Origin: Trypanosoma brucei
Lineage: Eukaryota
Assembly (NCBI GenBank): GCA_000002445.1
Contig: CP000069.1
Location: 1,056,001-1,120,000 of the forward strand
DNA length: 64,000 nt
Reading direction: 5' to 3'
Position 1 is the first letter of the stretch. Every line of letters starts with the position of its first letter. The notes below the pieces were generated by a model, which saw only the letters and a program-made list of their open reading frames with translations, was not told the DNA's origin and searched no databases. The position numbers were made by a program, and so were the translations under genes. Shown piece by piece: positions 43,401 through 49,607 of the stretch.

Positions 43401-44145
43401 AGCATATGAATAACACACCATTGTTCGTATCACAGCATACGAGCAAGGTCCGAAACAAAACTCCCAGCGCAACCTCGCAGTAACTCTCTCCACGATTCAT
43501 GAGTGCCTTCGAAAGCGCCAGGAGAATCTGTCCTTCAACCCTTTGGTCAGGGGAATAGATGACAGCCCTGTTGCAAACCAAACAACGGGAAGCCACTAAC
43601 TTCATGTTCGCATTGGAAAAGCACTGCCGTTGTATAGACAGGTACTTGGGTGTGTCCTTGTCCAATAGGATTTCCGTCAAGCAATTGTTTTTTAATGCGA
43701 GGGCGAAGAGCTTACGTCCACTGCTCACACTCAATGGAACGTCACGTAGGTCAATCTTTTGCAATGTTTCGTGAAAACCAAGGTACTGCAACATTTGAGC
43801 GATATCTTCCGCAGTCAACTTACATCCTCTCATGGACAAACTCGCAACGGAAAGGCGCTGTAGTGTTGTGAGAATAGGGATGATACCGCGTTCACCCAAG
43901 TAGCCGTTATCAAAGTTGAAAACTGTCGACCCGGCTCGTAATTGCTTTACAAACGCGTTGTTTACATTTATTCCAATGCGCGCACACTCCGAACGGTAAA
44001 ACCTCTCAGCTTCACTGACTGAATGGATCCGATTCGAAGTGGTTGAGCTTGAAGGCGAAGGTGGAGCTAAGGGATCCACTGTCTCCTCACTGGGGGACGC
44101 GGCCAAACACTTAGTGGCCCCTTTCAAGTTTTCTTCCCCTTGCAT
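34477..44145 (-). CDS. Giant (3222-aa) multidomain protein: N-terminal RNI-like LRR, long central region with six copies of a conserved repeat module, Gly/Asp-rich C-terminus
   Basis: Single uninterrupted 9.67-kb ORF co-oriented with its neighbours. Leu-rich RNI-like segment at aa ~90-170 (LTTLQRLSVASLSMRGCKLTAEDIAQMLQYLGFHETLQKIDLRDVPL). Repeat module at aa ~1369-2385. No catalytic motif recognised. Confidence 0.8.
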   Translation of the reverse strand: MQGEENLKGATKCLAASPSEETVDPLAPPSPSSSTTSNRIHSVSEAERFYRSECARIGINVNNAFVKQLRAGSTVFNFDNGYLGERGIIPILTTLQRLSVASLSMRGCKLTAEDIAQMLQYLGFHETLQKIDLRDVPLSVSSGRKLFALALKNNCLTEILLDKDTPKYLSIQRQCFSNANMKLVASRCLVCNRAVIYSPDQRVEGQILLALSKALMNRGESYCEVALGVLFRTLLVCCDTNNGVLFICSYECKNKLSDDIVIMIESVLSEHLHGVKGTCPRNTTLQRCLVDNVARLERKRVNSEKLNAEGSTKVVNPLSSASSGATRCFDSSSADSSDAEEMHRKNHDDADACSVCGNHTLCLSNGAYRFLSQLHDDVTVDCYLRPSALLHLSRVMIKHQRFKPCSQLCVQHLVRFGLYSYGGVQVTNSMTGISLLSSLDIPLTQLSNDDFSIINFASAYIDDAAGEDTCCALTVASAMTDIEGVAIDPYMIYAVGRFLAKIPPTSLGMELRHACEVALMVGCLPVESAPFNRRKERPTRDFYYLWEKWCKVADMETLVRAAFSRRRQGLFIVDGPHSNLFDNTRAVLWAFRKMRRSILIVMRFCVEWLALPNGVIPNESPMGRSFHTTLKVVGQTNIHNTIYVICQSNFGENVGNRGFFYVPRSVFNLYVSSDACIFVDSNVFALSNGEKISLHASRYLPKKVIGIVENCQVLHEAFNYMSDICLSTDGGGLEGSRVFSEAIRFPPALLFFAYRTGECHISQSQWKLLRTLRQLCLTESTRSLVLFYLSEVLGPNAVEWVARLLHDLVNLPPYPARLQMGSGTATREHVRERSGDIEWNQVMGLLSESTTMLTLSSSLPVDRVEKKRLTKRVSRPANRKKDAPIITQDPFHEDLLGMWSFMRKEAESQRKSGGRSKPNGGRLVLPLSAQMEKGITARALAQEPEVVPPSLIGETWHSICLCTKDGNLTEYALFFIKDHVCCFNVENRSMNIPLQPMSKTLGLNSFPFMGGFDCAFNSPVNPRTAYFFCGEEWLEWDSYRQRCSGGLFKLRCHKQFRSLPEKFLSGINAAVPVANTPLVFFFCQLEYVVFNITERCLVGGPMRVGDHGKGNAGETIFGPSLSKVFPHGPMATMLMWEKSGETEESQEQEDNNNNNWASMGSIRSTREESLVGTTAKISANNNNGDGKGSSITHEKEMVVMLIGRCGRVATVKNFIYSPDAKCEVRFETIPSSVLSRLPMAFRQNTMTALGSICRTVLETECSVHDVILCDAHRSVHRECTVTSTLTQSAECAENLLSVVLPHNFTTVAPLLCESAVFVQTEESLLGEPSQTIEVRYDPMNPCAFGALVIVLNLSCIEPRVLQVAPVEVLLESSDDGIAYVRHAHFFITSSITPVCWGVSHVGCVWRVRFVSKLPVGTGVVRLLLYEVMHVVGTIPVDPTVALPPLESTLVTIDAPCLLSPARDILNCLTPGAVFTTSTSAGWFERHCILPLLPNGDFCLLFCGPHFVELDCSNGVVVGHRAVPIAAHPAFDTLPAPFLRGVNAAFYPNVRTPNIVAFISGSHVILWDIEKGAFASGGGGVQSAATMFKDLPWKMEEVENIVQIWSQPEEVFVIKSPHVLRWNIVTSELVEGPMRLSNSTYFRHPAFEGKKILCAASFPKYPTRFYTFCEDLVAALDVETQGITNLTEAKPVSQSEVFFPVTWYLRWGIRRHDCVINLDFKNYQKLLVGVTMQSSEPCDDNWVVECSDDGVLWQTVGRHHQITSRCRTIWGSERVGHHSRRFWRFSLECEEVDSRHEYPVLYFHMLLLTVSSVSSRVLPVRVACSGTLNGPMSSLFVDDKVTVAFENPVDESGATKVVRQHLIVDYGEREPSDVMEFSCICVGKPRPVMWIISCSSNGEQWEVCGTWHSHDHYFRAAWHPRGPRRFWSVELEAREQSTIYENLTFFEYTGPSVYLEDSLYLSCLLDPFVLCEVGSSGDTVANVVVPAEVGSSIVLDSKQDATQVVGVCMICHENKSPYTAFVVECSSDAVEWRGVGVTFNLRGNLAQAAWDVSDCCQYWRLRVTQRVGTSPLRICSIRFDTPKPTLYHHVDSKGDIAAGSSGKDLNLRGNCTEVVAVEAELPPLSSFVVEKRSVDGSSWQAVATLRNDDSADSRKVRQGWKPRGMSSHWRLRPVLAEDNLEETCFSSKSGPFISWKKECDVQAEWYSFIGKAFVRYDFSKAPDVKMAVEKFDEVRLPIFLSDNNAKTVVLRSRGMETEASVSWFFDSDTSPHFKQVFVNGRVETNPDAEAELEKLAALEVTSASSPRAPKKTGKKISKASTAQQEEIVKAIEMEEEVLVIVVETSNNGVDYVPVAERPFSPKGNSLSFFVDTPTSYWRVRFKGIPKASFLELFEVFWSLEKGARTKLSSLLRCPLSDSMYETWKNAAYSHEDEFCQQCRAGYDQARSVVSGLREPEDIEHHGRIAQYFMRFKSEYIAFQSKVFRNASKAKNLPDNKYISTERRSGNDFMYLLHAVAERYSCGVDKLNMLIANPMLVSRDFSIEKESVSWFYPKIVEGGTLAESFYGFHNARAFVIILWSMSLHVQRNTDLLVTKKINALNEHVASVMVLVEIKEINWLAIEHFPRLPLLYHVGFSGQPVLIAFTLNTLVFTPRYRLTFPGCSPLPLNHQMQLFPGVNFIRRTSLATCPCPIFDKLLLLYTLQFLENTKTEIILSAPTMDSPNATVRFTLPGNDINFGLRGLVIGYMVFEIELCMKATNVDPSEMALPVTEHKRINFVSYDTQFDSGEGTEPIIELTLAGSIGYPDEQILISGMSPSARYDIGDVFPDAFISDLSINFNAVLGHQPQSFLQPTVNLSGTLVVPACGSFVCRLQRVALNRNFESLSMEVSEMPLASLVTLSDKLVGSLQKGVDVSWMEGIPMYFSLELQLEYVERRLTGRGTFTLDGIEGDVLVTLSTQGFGATGNFNTVRIGAVCLQGKDERHQVLVNVASLANGHLSVRLDGYSYLFAPRPYPTRVEISQRGVVCISTGVFYDVCIEEDSIFPSKKYANVLLSKDLFSKCLEEELREIPLITALLAKGVEFSFVVDDVFAPQCMLERQLVFITVRGVLMGCYFDVTVPVTQPDNTVEEAKKISKELLPRVIEQCDMPLWALYHMFVGCVERCGSAASGGEGGDADDNNSDGTNLSVEGSASRPQRGDTSRRQCDGVFLSRWIQQERGVFEEGL
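36993..40041 (-). repeat. Six intragenic protein-level repeats of a module marked by [LV]VE-x-S-x-[DN]G-x-x-W ... ~32 aa ... [FYHV]W[RS][VLF][RSE][LFV]
   Basis: Six copies by manual residue counting, at aa 1371, 1743, 1891, 2021, 2124 and 2341. They are: ESSDDGIAYV...VWRVRFVS, VVECSDDGVLWQTVG...FWRFSLEC, IISCSSNGEQWEVCG...FWSVELEA, VVECSSDAVEWRGVG...YWRLRVTQ, VVEKRSVDGSSWQAVA...HWRLRPV and VVETSNNGVDYVPVA...YWRVRFKG. Spacing is 110-370 aa. Confidence 0.6.
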
Positions 44146-44711
44146 TAATGACTCTTTTCGCCTCTTCTTTTTGTTTTTATCGTTTTTTCCTTCTTCCCCT
44201 TCTACTTCCTTCCTCCACTTTAAAAATAGATCTAACCTTTATATTAACCCTTCGGTGGTCTCTAAATGGTAAGGGACTGTGTGCACCTTGTTTTATTATT
44301 TTACCTTCTGTTTCAATTTATGTGGTCCTTTTCGGCAGCACGCGGCCGTGCAGACGTACGGACTTTAATATTTAGTTACCGACGTAAGTGAGCACGCGGA
44401 ACCCCCGTCACAAAATAATGAGGAAATAATAAAAAGAAATTAACCAGGAGAATATAACATAAAACCCTCACTACCATGACAGTGCGACCCCTCTCCTCCT
44501 CCTGGTACGAGGAATAATTATGTTGAATTAGTAAATAGAGAGCGGCTCACAAAACAAATGCTTTTTCCTTCGTTCAATACCAACCTTCAAAAAAAAAGCG
44601 TGGCAATTAATTTACCCTTGCCAACTTCGCACACGACAATCACATTGCCTCTGGTGCCAACAGTTACACCTGATTGATGGATATGGTGCTGTCAAAGCTA
44701 TTTTTCCTTTT

Positions 44712-45596
44712 TTATTCTTGCTTTTTATTTGCGTCTTCCCTTTCCCCAGCCTGAGAACCTATCGAGTGGTGTTTTAAGGTTCCGACTAGGCGCAGTTTAT
44801 TATTCTCCTCTACGAAAGGGGAAGTGTTGCGGATTATATAAGCCGACACGCCAGCCTCCAACCCAGCAGAGACGATAGCCTCCAATAGTTCCTCGCCACA
44901 TTCAGGAATCATAACGGAAAATGAAGAAAGGTACGCCCGCAAAAGTATTTGAAGGGGAAGCATTAGTAAAACACGTGTGGTGCAGCATTTTTTGGTCCCG
45001 AGATGGCGGCGACGGTACCATAGTTTTGCAAGTGTGAGCGCCACTGAGGGCATTTGCCACACGAAAAAGTCCAAATCCCACTCCGATGTAGACGAGAAGG
45101 CATAAACGGCGTACGATGCAAAGCGTCCCGGAGAAAAGAGGTCCAACGTTCGCAAAATCTCCGACCAGCCAGTGAGCGTGTAATCAAAAAGGAAACGTGG
45201 GGTTGTCACCGCAGCAAGGTACCGCACTGGGCAAATAATCACTGAAACACCAATTTCTAGTCCCTGGGAAGCCACATACGAAATCATTGACTGCTTCGAC
45301 TGTGAAACAGAACCTCTACGACGTAGCACATACTGCGAAAACAGGCCTCGTCCCGTGTAGTAAGTGACAGAATAAATAATGAGACGTAAAAAAGATCCAA
45401 AGACCAGCCGGAGTGTCTCTACACGCGAGTCGATAGTTGGTAGATGCTCCATAACATCTATGCACAAGACTAAAAATTGACACTGCCAAGTGGAATCCTT
45501 TTGTGTCTTCAAAACATCAAATAACAAGAAGAAAAGCAAAAAGCAATGAAATTGGAAATTGGAAGGGAAGTGCGGCAACAAACTTGTGCAACACAC
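44712..45596 (-). CDS. Hypothetical small multi-pass membrane protein
   Basis: 294-aa ORF, with a probable real start at the internal Met (MEHLPTIDSRVE, ~45452). Four to five hydrophobic segments carry small-xxx-small motifs (GLEIGVSVII, SAGLEAGVSAYII). No family assignment possible by eye. Confidence 0.4.
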   Translation of the reverse strand: MCCTSLLPHFPSNFQFHCFLLFFLLFDVLKTQKDSTWQCQFLVLCIDVMEHLPTIDSRVETLRLVFGSFLRLIIYSVTYYTGRGLFSQYVLRRRGSVSQSKQSMISYVASQGLEIGVSVIICPVRYLAAVTTPRFLFDYTLTGWSEILRTLDLFSPGRFASYAVYAFSSTSEWDLDFFVWQMPSVALTLAKLWYRRRHLGTKKCCTTRVLLMLPLQILLRAYLSSFSVMIPECGEELLEAIVSAGLEAGVSAYIIRNTSPFVEENNKLRLVGTLKHHSIGSQAGEREDANKKQE

Positions 45597-45786
45597 AAAC
45601 TAAAAGAGATCAGCGTTGCAGTTCGTAAATCGGAATGAAAAGCAGACGAGAAATGAAGCAGCGTGCACATGCGCGGACAGAAGAAAATAAAAAATTATAG
45701 TGGTTGAACGGGACACAGTTACAACAGAACAACACAGAACATGAAGTTTTTCGCACCGACAAGTATGAAAGAAAGAACTGAAATTT

Positions 45787-47082
45787 TCATGGGGCTTGTA
45801 AAGGTGGCACTTTATCCCGTGGAAGCCTGATAGTCGGCGAAACCAAAATGAAAGGTTTGGGAAGCGTACCCGCTACCGGGGAGAGAAACGAAAAGAATGT
45901 TTCCCCTACCTCCAGAAGAACAATAAACCCGGCAACATTTATATCGTTGACTGCTTCTAGGGAATCTGTCCAAGAAACAGCAGCTAAACTAAGAGGTTCA
46001 ACGTCCTTCCAGGAAAGAGGTTCCAACTTTAAAGCGTGGATGAAGTGAACGTCCTTTACGTAACAAACAGCTCTGTAAGACAATAAAGGGGTACGTTTCG
46101 TCCCTTGAAAGTAACTTACAATTTGCTCTGCACGCCAGCTGTCGCGAACGTTACCCTTGCGCTTGAACACTCCCGTTTGCTTTGGGTATTTGAGAAAAAT
46201 GATTTTCTCGTCGATCACTGCATTACGCAAGGTTTCTGTAAGTTTGTTACCTGAACCACAGACTACAACATGCGTGATACTGAACACGGAAAGTAGCTGA
46301 AAAAGGAGGTCAAGCCCCATGTCAGTTACCCACCCCATAGTATTCACAATAACGCCACCGGCAGCAAATTTTGGGGTGGCCAAACTAAAAGATATAATTC
46401 CCCGTGCCAACGATGCACATAGATCCAAATATCGTCCTCGAGTGGAAGCATTTACGGTTTTATCACCAAAGAAGGCCGTTAATGGCATCACCGTATTAAA
46501 CCCCTCATCAATCGGTAAATAGTTATCAACAAACGCTGTTGCAACACTTCCTGGGCAGGTAATACCTTGTTGCCCAACATCCACGTCCACAAGGGCAACC
46601 CCATGAACCTGCGATGCGACTGCCATATTCGCAAGTGAGCGGCACAAACTACTCTTCCCGGTATTCACGTCACCAACTACGAGGACACGTGGGCCCCATG
46701 GCCCCTCCTTCAAAGAGTTTGATGACGTGCCTCCAGGATTGGTGTCGTTTAAAGACGGTACACCGCGTTTGCTGGCTTCATGGCGCGCGAAATCAAGCAC
46801 AGCATGGATGTCATACACATCAGTACGAATATATGTTACCACGCTGGTGAAATCCCCTCCCACGTGAAGTCGACACGCCACAGGAGATACCACTGGTATG
46901 CTACACATGGAAAAGTCGTAGCGGGTATTTTTTTTTAGAGGTGCACCAAAAATGGTCGCTGCTCCATCCGTAAGTACAACATACCCCGAACTACGAAAGC
47001 GGATTTTTAGTTCTTTGCGCTCCAAATTGAATTCTTCAGTGCGACAATTAGAAGACATGCCGCTGCTATTCACCACGGCCAA
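45787..47082 (-). CDS. CLP1: Clp1-family polynucleotide 5'-hydroxyl kinase (mRNA 3'-end cleavage factor Clp1 homologue)
   Basis: 431-aa ORF. The P-loop and flanking context (GPRVLVVGDVNTGKSSLCRSLANMAVASQVHGVALVDVDVGQQGITCPGSV) aligns with the Clp1 Walker A region (PRVMVVGPTDVGKSTVCR...YVELDVGQGS) recalled from memory. Confidence 0.8.
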   Translation of the reverse strand: MAVVNSSGMSSNCRTEEFNLERKELKIRFRSSGYVVLTDGAATIFGAPLKKNTRYDFSMCSIPVVSPVACRLHVGGDFTSVVTYIRTDVYDIHAVLDFARHEASKRGVPSLNDTNPGGTSSNSLKEGPWGPRVLVVGDVNTGKSSLCRSLANMAVASQVHGVALVDVDVGQQGITCPGSVATAFVDNYLPIDEGFNTVMPLTAFFGDKTVNASTRGRYLDLCASLARGIISFSLATPKFAAGGVIVNTMGWVTDMGLDLLFQLLSVFSITHVVVCGSGNKLTETLRNAVIDEKIIFLKYPKQTGVFKRKGNVRDSWRAEQIVSYFQGTKRTPLLSYRAVCYVKDVHFIHALKLEPLSWKDVEPLSLAAVSWTDSLEAVNDINVAGFIVLLEVGETFFSFLSPVAGTLPKPFILVSPTIRLPRDKVPPLQAP

Positions 47083-47087
47083 CGAAA

Positions 47088-47111
47088 GATAATAATAATA
47101 ATAATAATAAT
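47088..47111. repeat. (ATA)n microsatellite directly 5' of Clp1 start codon
   Basis: Direct read: gataataataataataataataatc, beginning 6 nt upstream of the ATG at 47082. Confidence 0.9.
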
Positions 47112-47442
47112 CTATCTCCGGTCTCCCTTCAACCGTTTGTTTCTTCCCTCGTACTGTGCTGGTAATCGCGGTGCTTGTGTGTGTTACGGAAAAGGGGAGC
47201 GCGAAAGTAATCCAAAGTTATTCGATGTTTTCGAAAACGAAGCCCCTACCTTCACTTTGAACCGAAAGAGGAAAGCGAAACGACCCACGCACCATCATAC
47301 CGAAGTGCCAATTGGGCCGAAAAGAGAAACATAAATACCCTCGCAACAACACATGGAAATAAGTAGTGAAACCCATAAATGGGGGTATAAACGAGGACGA
47401 AACAACCAATTCATAGTCCAAAGCACACTGACGAGCGCAGCT

Positions 47443-48267
47443 TCAGGGGAAAAGTTTCAAATTCCCAGTAATGGGATTAACTTCACTCGAGGGAACAGGT
47501 CCAACAGCCACAACTACTAAATCCTCCTCAATATCTCTCACCGCACTTGGAGGATTCCCCACAGGAACACCAGGAGCATCACCACGGCTTCTGCTGCAGC
47601 ACGGCAATCCACGCTCCTGTGCACTCACCAAGACACGTCGCAATGTTTCCACATCGGGACCTTTCAGTGCTATTTTTGCGCAACCAACCATGTTCCACCA
47701 CAGATACCATCTTTTCCACTGTACGCATGCCCCATCACTTTGTATAGTTTGAGCGAGATGCATAGCTGCACCAGCGGCGTGCGTGGCCACCTCACTGGCA
47801 GGTGTCTTCTTACCGTCACAACGGATGACAAGAACCATTTTGAGACCAAGCTCCTCCATTCTCTCAAACCCGCTGCTTCCAGAAGAATATGAAGTCTCCT
47901 CCTCGTCTCCCTCGCTGGACTCGGCACTGTCGCTGCTATCACTATGCAAACATTGCTCTTGAGATTCGTCAGCTGATTGCTGCCCCAGTTTAGATAAAGT
48001 AGCCGCACGTTCCTTTTTCAACAGTTCTTTCAACGCCTCGCTAGCACGATCGATCCGCGGAGGCAAAGGCTTCTGTTTTCTAGTTTTCATTTGCCACACC
48101 CCAAGTTGCGCGACAACCCCAGGGAGAATGAAGCCGAGGAAGAAACCAGCCAAACAGGATAGCAAGGTTTGTATGCTGGTTCCTGTATCCCCCAACACGT
48201 TTCCCTCCAACATACACCACTTTAAACAAGCGAAAACACCAAACAAGCAAGTGAAAAAGGAAGGGAT

Positions 48268-48273
<6 letters not shown>
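47443..48273 (-). CDS. PTH2: Peptidyl-tRNA hydrolase PTH2 with N-terminal transmembrane anchor
   Basis: C-terminal ~115 aa match the PTH2 fold signature. Compare LKMVLVIRCDGKKTPASEVATHAAGAAM...GCAKIALKGPDVETLRRVLVSAQERGLPCCSRSRGDAPGVPVGNPPSAVRDIEEDLVVVAVGPVPSSEVNPITGNLKLF with human PTRH2 ...YKMVLVVRNDLKMGKGK...VVKAPDEETL...[26 protein letters not shown]. An N-terminal hydrophobic helix precedes a Ser/Asp/Glu-rich linker. Confidence 0.85.
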
Positions 48274-48298
<25 letters not shown>

Positions 48299-48318
48299 GA
48301 TAGATAGATAGATATAGA
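48271..48318. repeat. (TA)n(TAGA)n compound microsatellite overlapping the ORF-track start of the PTH2 gene
   Basis: Direct read: atatatatatatatatatatatatatagatagatagatagatatagatgg. Confidence 0.9.
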
Positions 48319-49607
48319 TGGACATAACGATTGTACAAGCGCTCATCTACAGTTTCAAATCAAGCATGTGGCTGAAGGCATGAGCACGCGTTTTAAGTGC
48401 TTATGCCCTCATGTGGCTGTGTAGTAGTGAATGTATAAAGGTTTGAATGACAAGGTGTATATTAGTTCACAAAGGAACATGCGCCAAAAGAAATCAGGTA
48501 ATATACTTCAATGCACGACCGCAATGCCTTGAAAAGCTAATGTGTTTATTCTACAGATATACATACGTCGCACCAGACCACAACACATGAACTCACATAC
48601 ACACTTCGTCCCTCTTTCGATCCGCTTAACACAATTTGCCGCACCCACAACAATACATATTAACATATATAAATATATTTATGCATATTTGTATATATGT
48701 ATTATTTCTTTGATTATTTGATTATTTTTTTTCTTTTAAAAGTAGAAAGTGAAAGGAATGATTAGCAGGAGGAAAGTTGCTGCTACCAACCACGTAACGC
48801 TGACTGTGTTTATGTGTGAAACCGCACACCAGATGAGCTGGGTAGCATAGTAGGCCGCAAAAAAAAAAAATGGTGATTGTAAAAAAAAAAAGGTAAACAA
48901 AGCGATTGATAAACGATGGACAAGGTAAGCGAGGGAAAGAATGCCACAAACAAAACAACAGAGAAAACGAAGGGAAAAAACATGAATGTTCAGAAATAAA
49001 CAAACTAAACGCTTTAGAGAACGCATCGGGTTGACGCTGGCAAATGCAGCCAGAAGAGATATACATCGTGTGCTATATATCTGCATTCACATGCTTGTTT
49101 GCTTGCTCGCGCTCGCCAGTGCGAACTCTGTTTTTTTCCCCCCTTCTCCCTCCATGTGGCATAACGGTAAAATACAATTCTTCTGCTTTCTTTTTGCGGC
49201 TCCTTTGTGGATGAAACCCGGGGAACACGCAGCGTATCGTCCACCGCCCCTTTTCCGACATACCGGTATCTCACCGTTGTCGATATGCATTATCCAATAG
49301 CATAAACAAACCAAATTATTTCTCTCTCTCTCTCTTAAGAAAACAAAAAGTAAGGAGTCAGAACGATGACTGTTCTCGCTCATTAACCCCAACACAATAA
49401 CTGTTCTATAAATAAGCATAACAAAAAAGGTAAGCACTGAAACTTCCGTCCCAGGGAGGGTGTAGTCGTAATTCCCTGAACTTCATAACACCGACCAAAA
49501 ATGAAACAAACTTGTTCACACAACACCTTACCCAATGTGCCTTATAAAGTAAAAAAAGACAACGTACCGTATGAAAATAGACACAGATACACGTACACAT
49601 ATGTACC

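Noticed and set aside
44712-45596. Assigning the small membrane protein to the Tim17/PMP24 or PEX11 families
   Set aside because: The only evidence is a few small-xxx-small motifs in hydrophobic segments. I cannot match family signatures confidently, so it is left as a hypothetical membrane protein.
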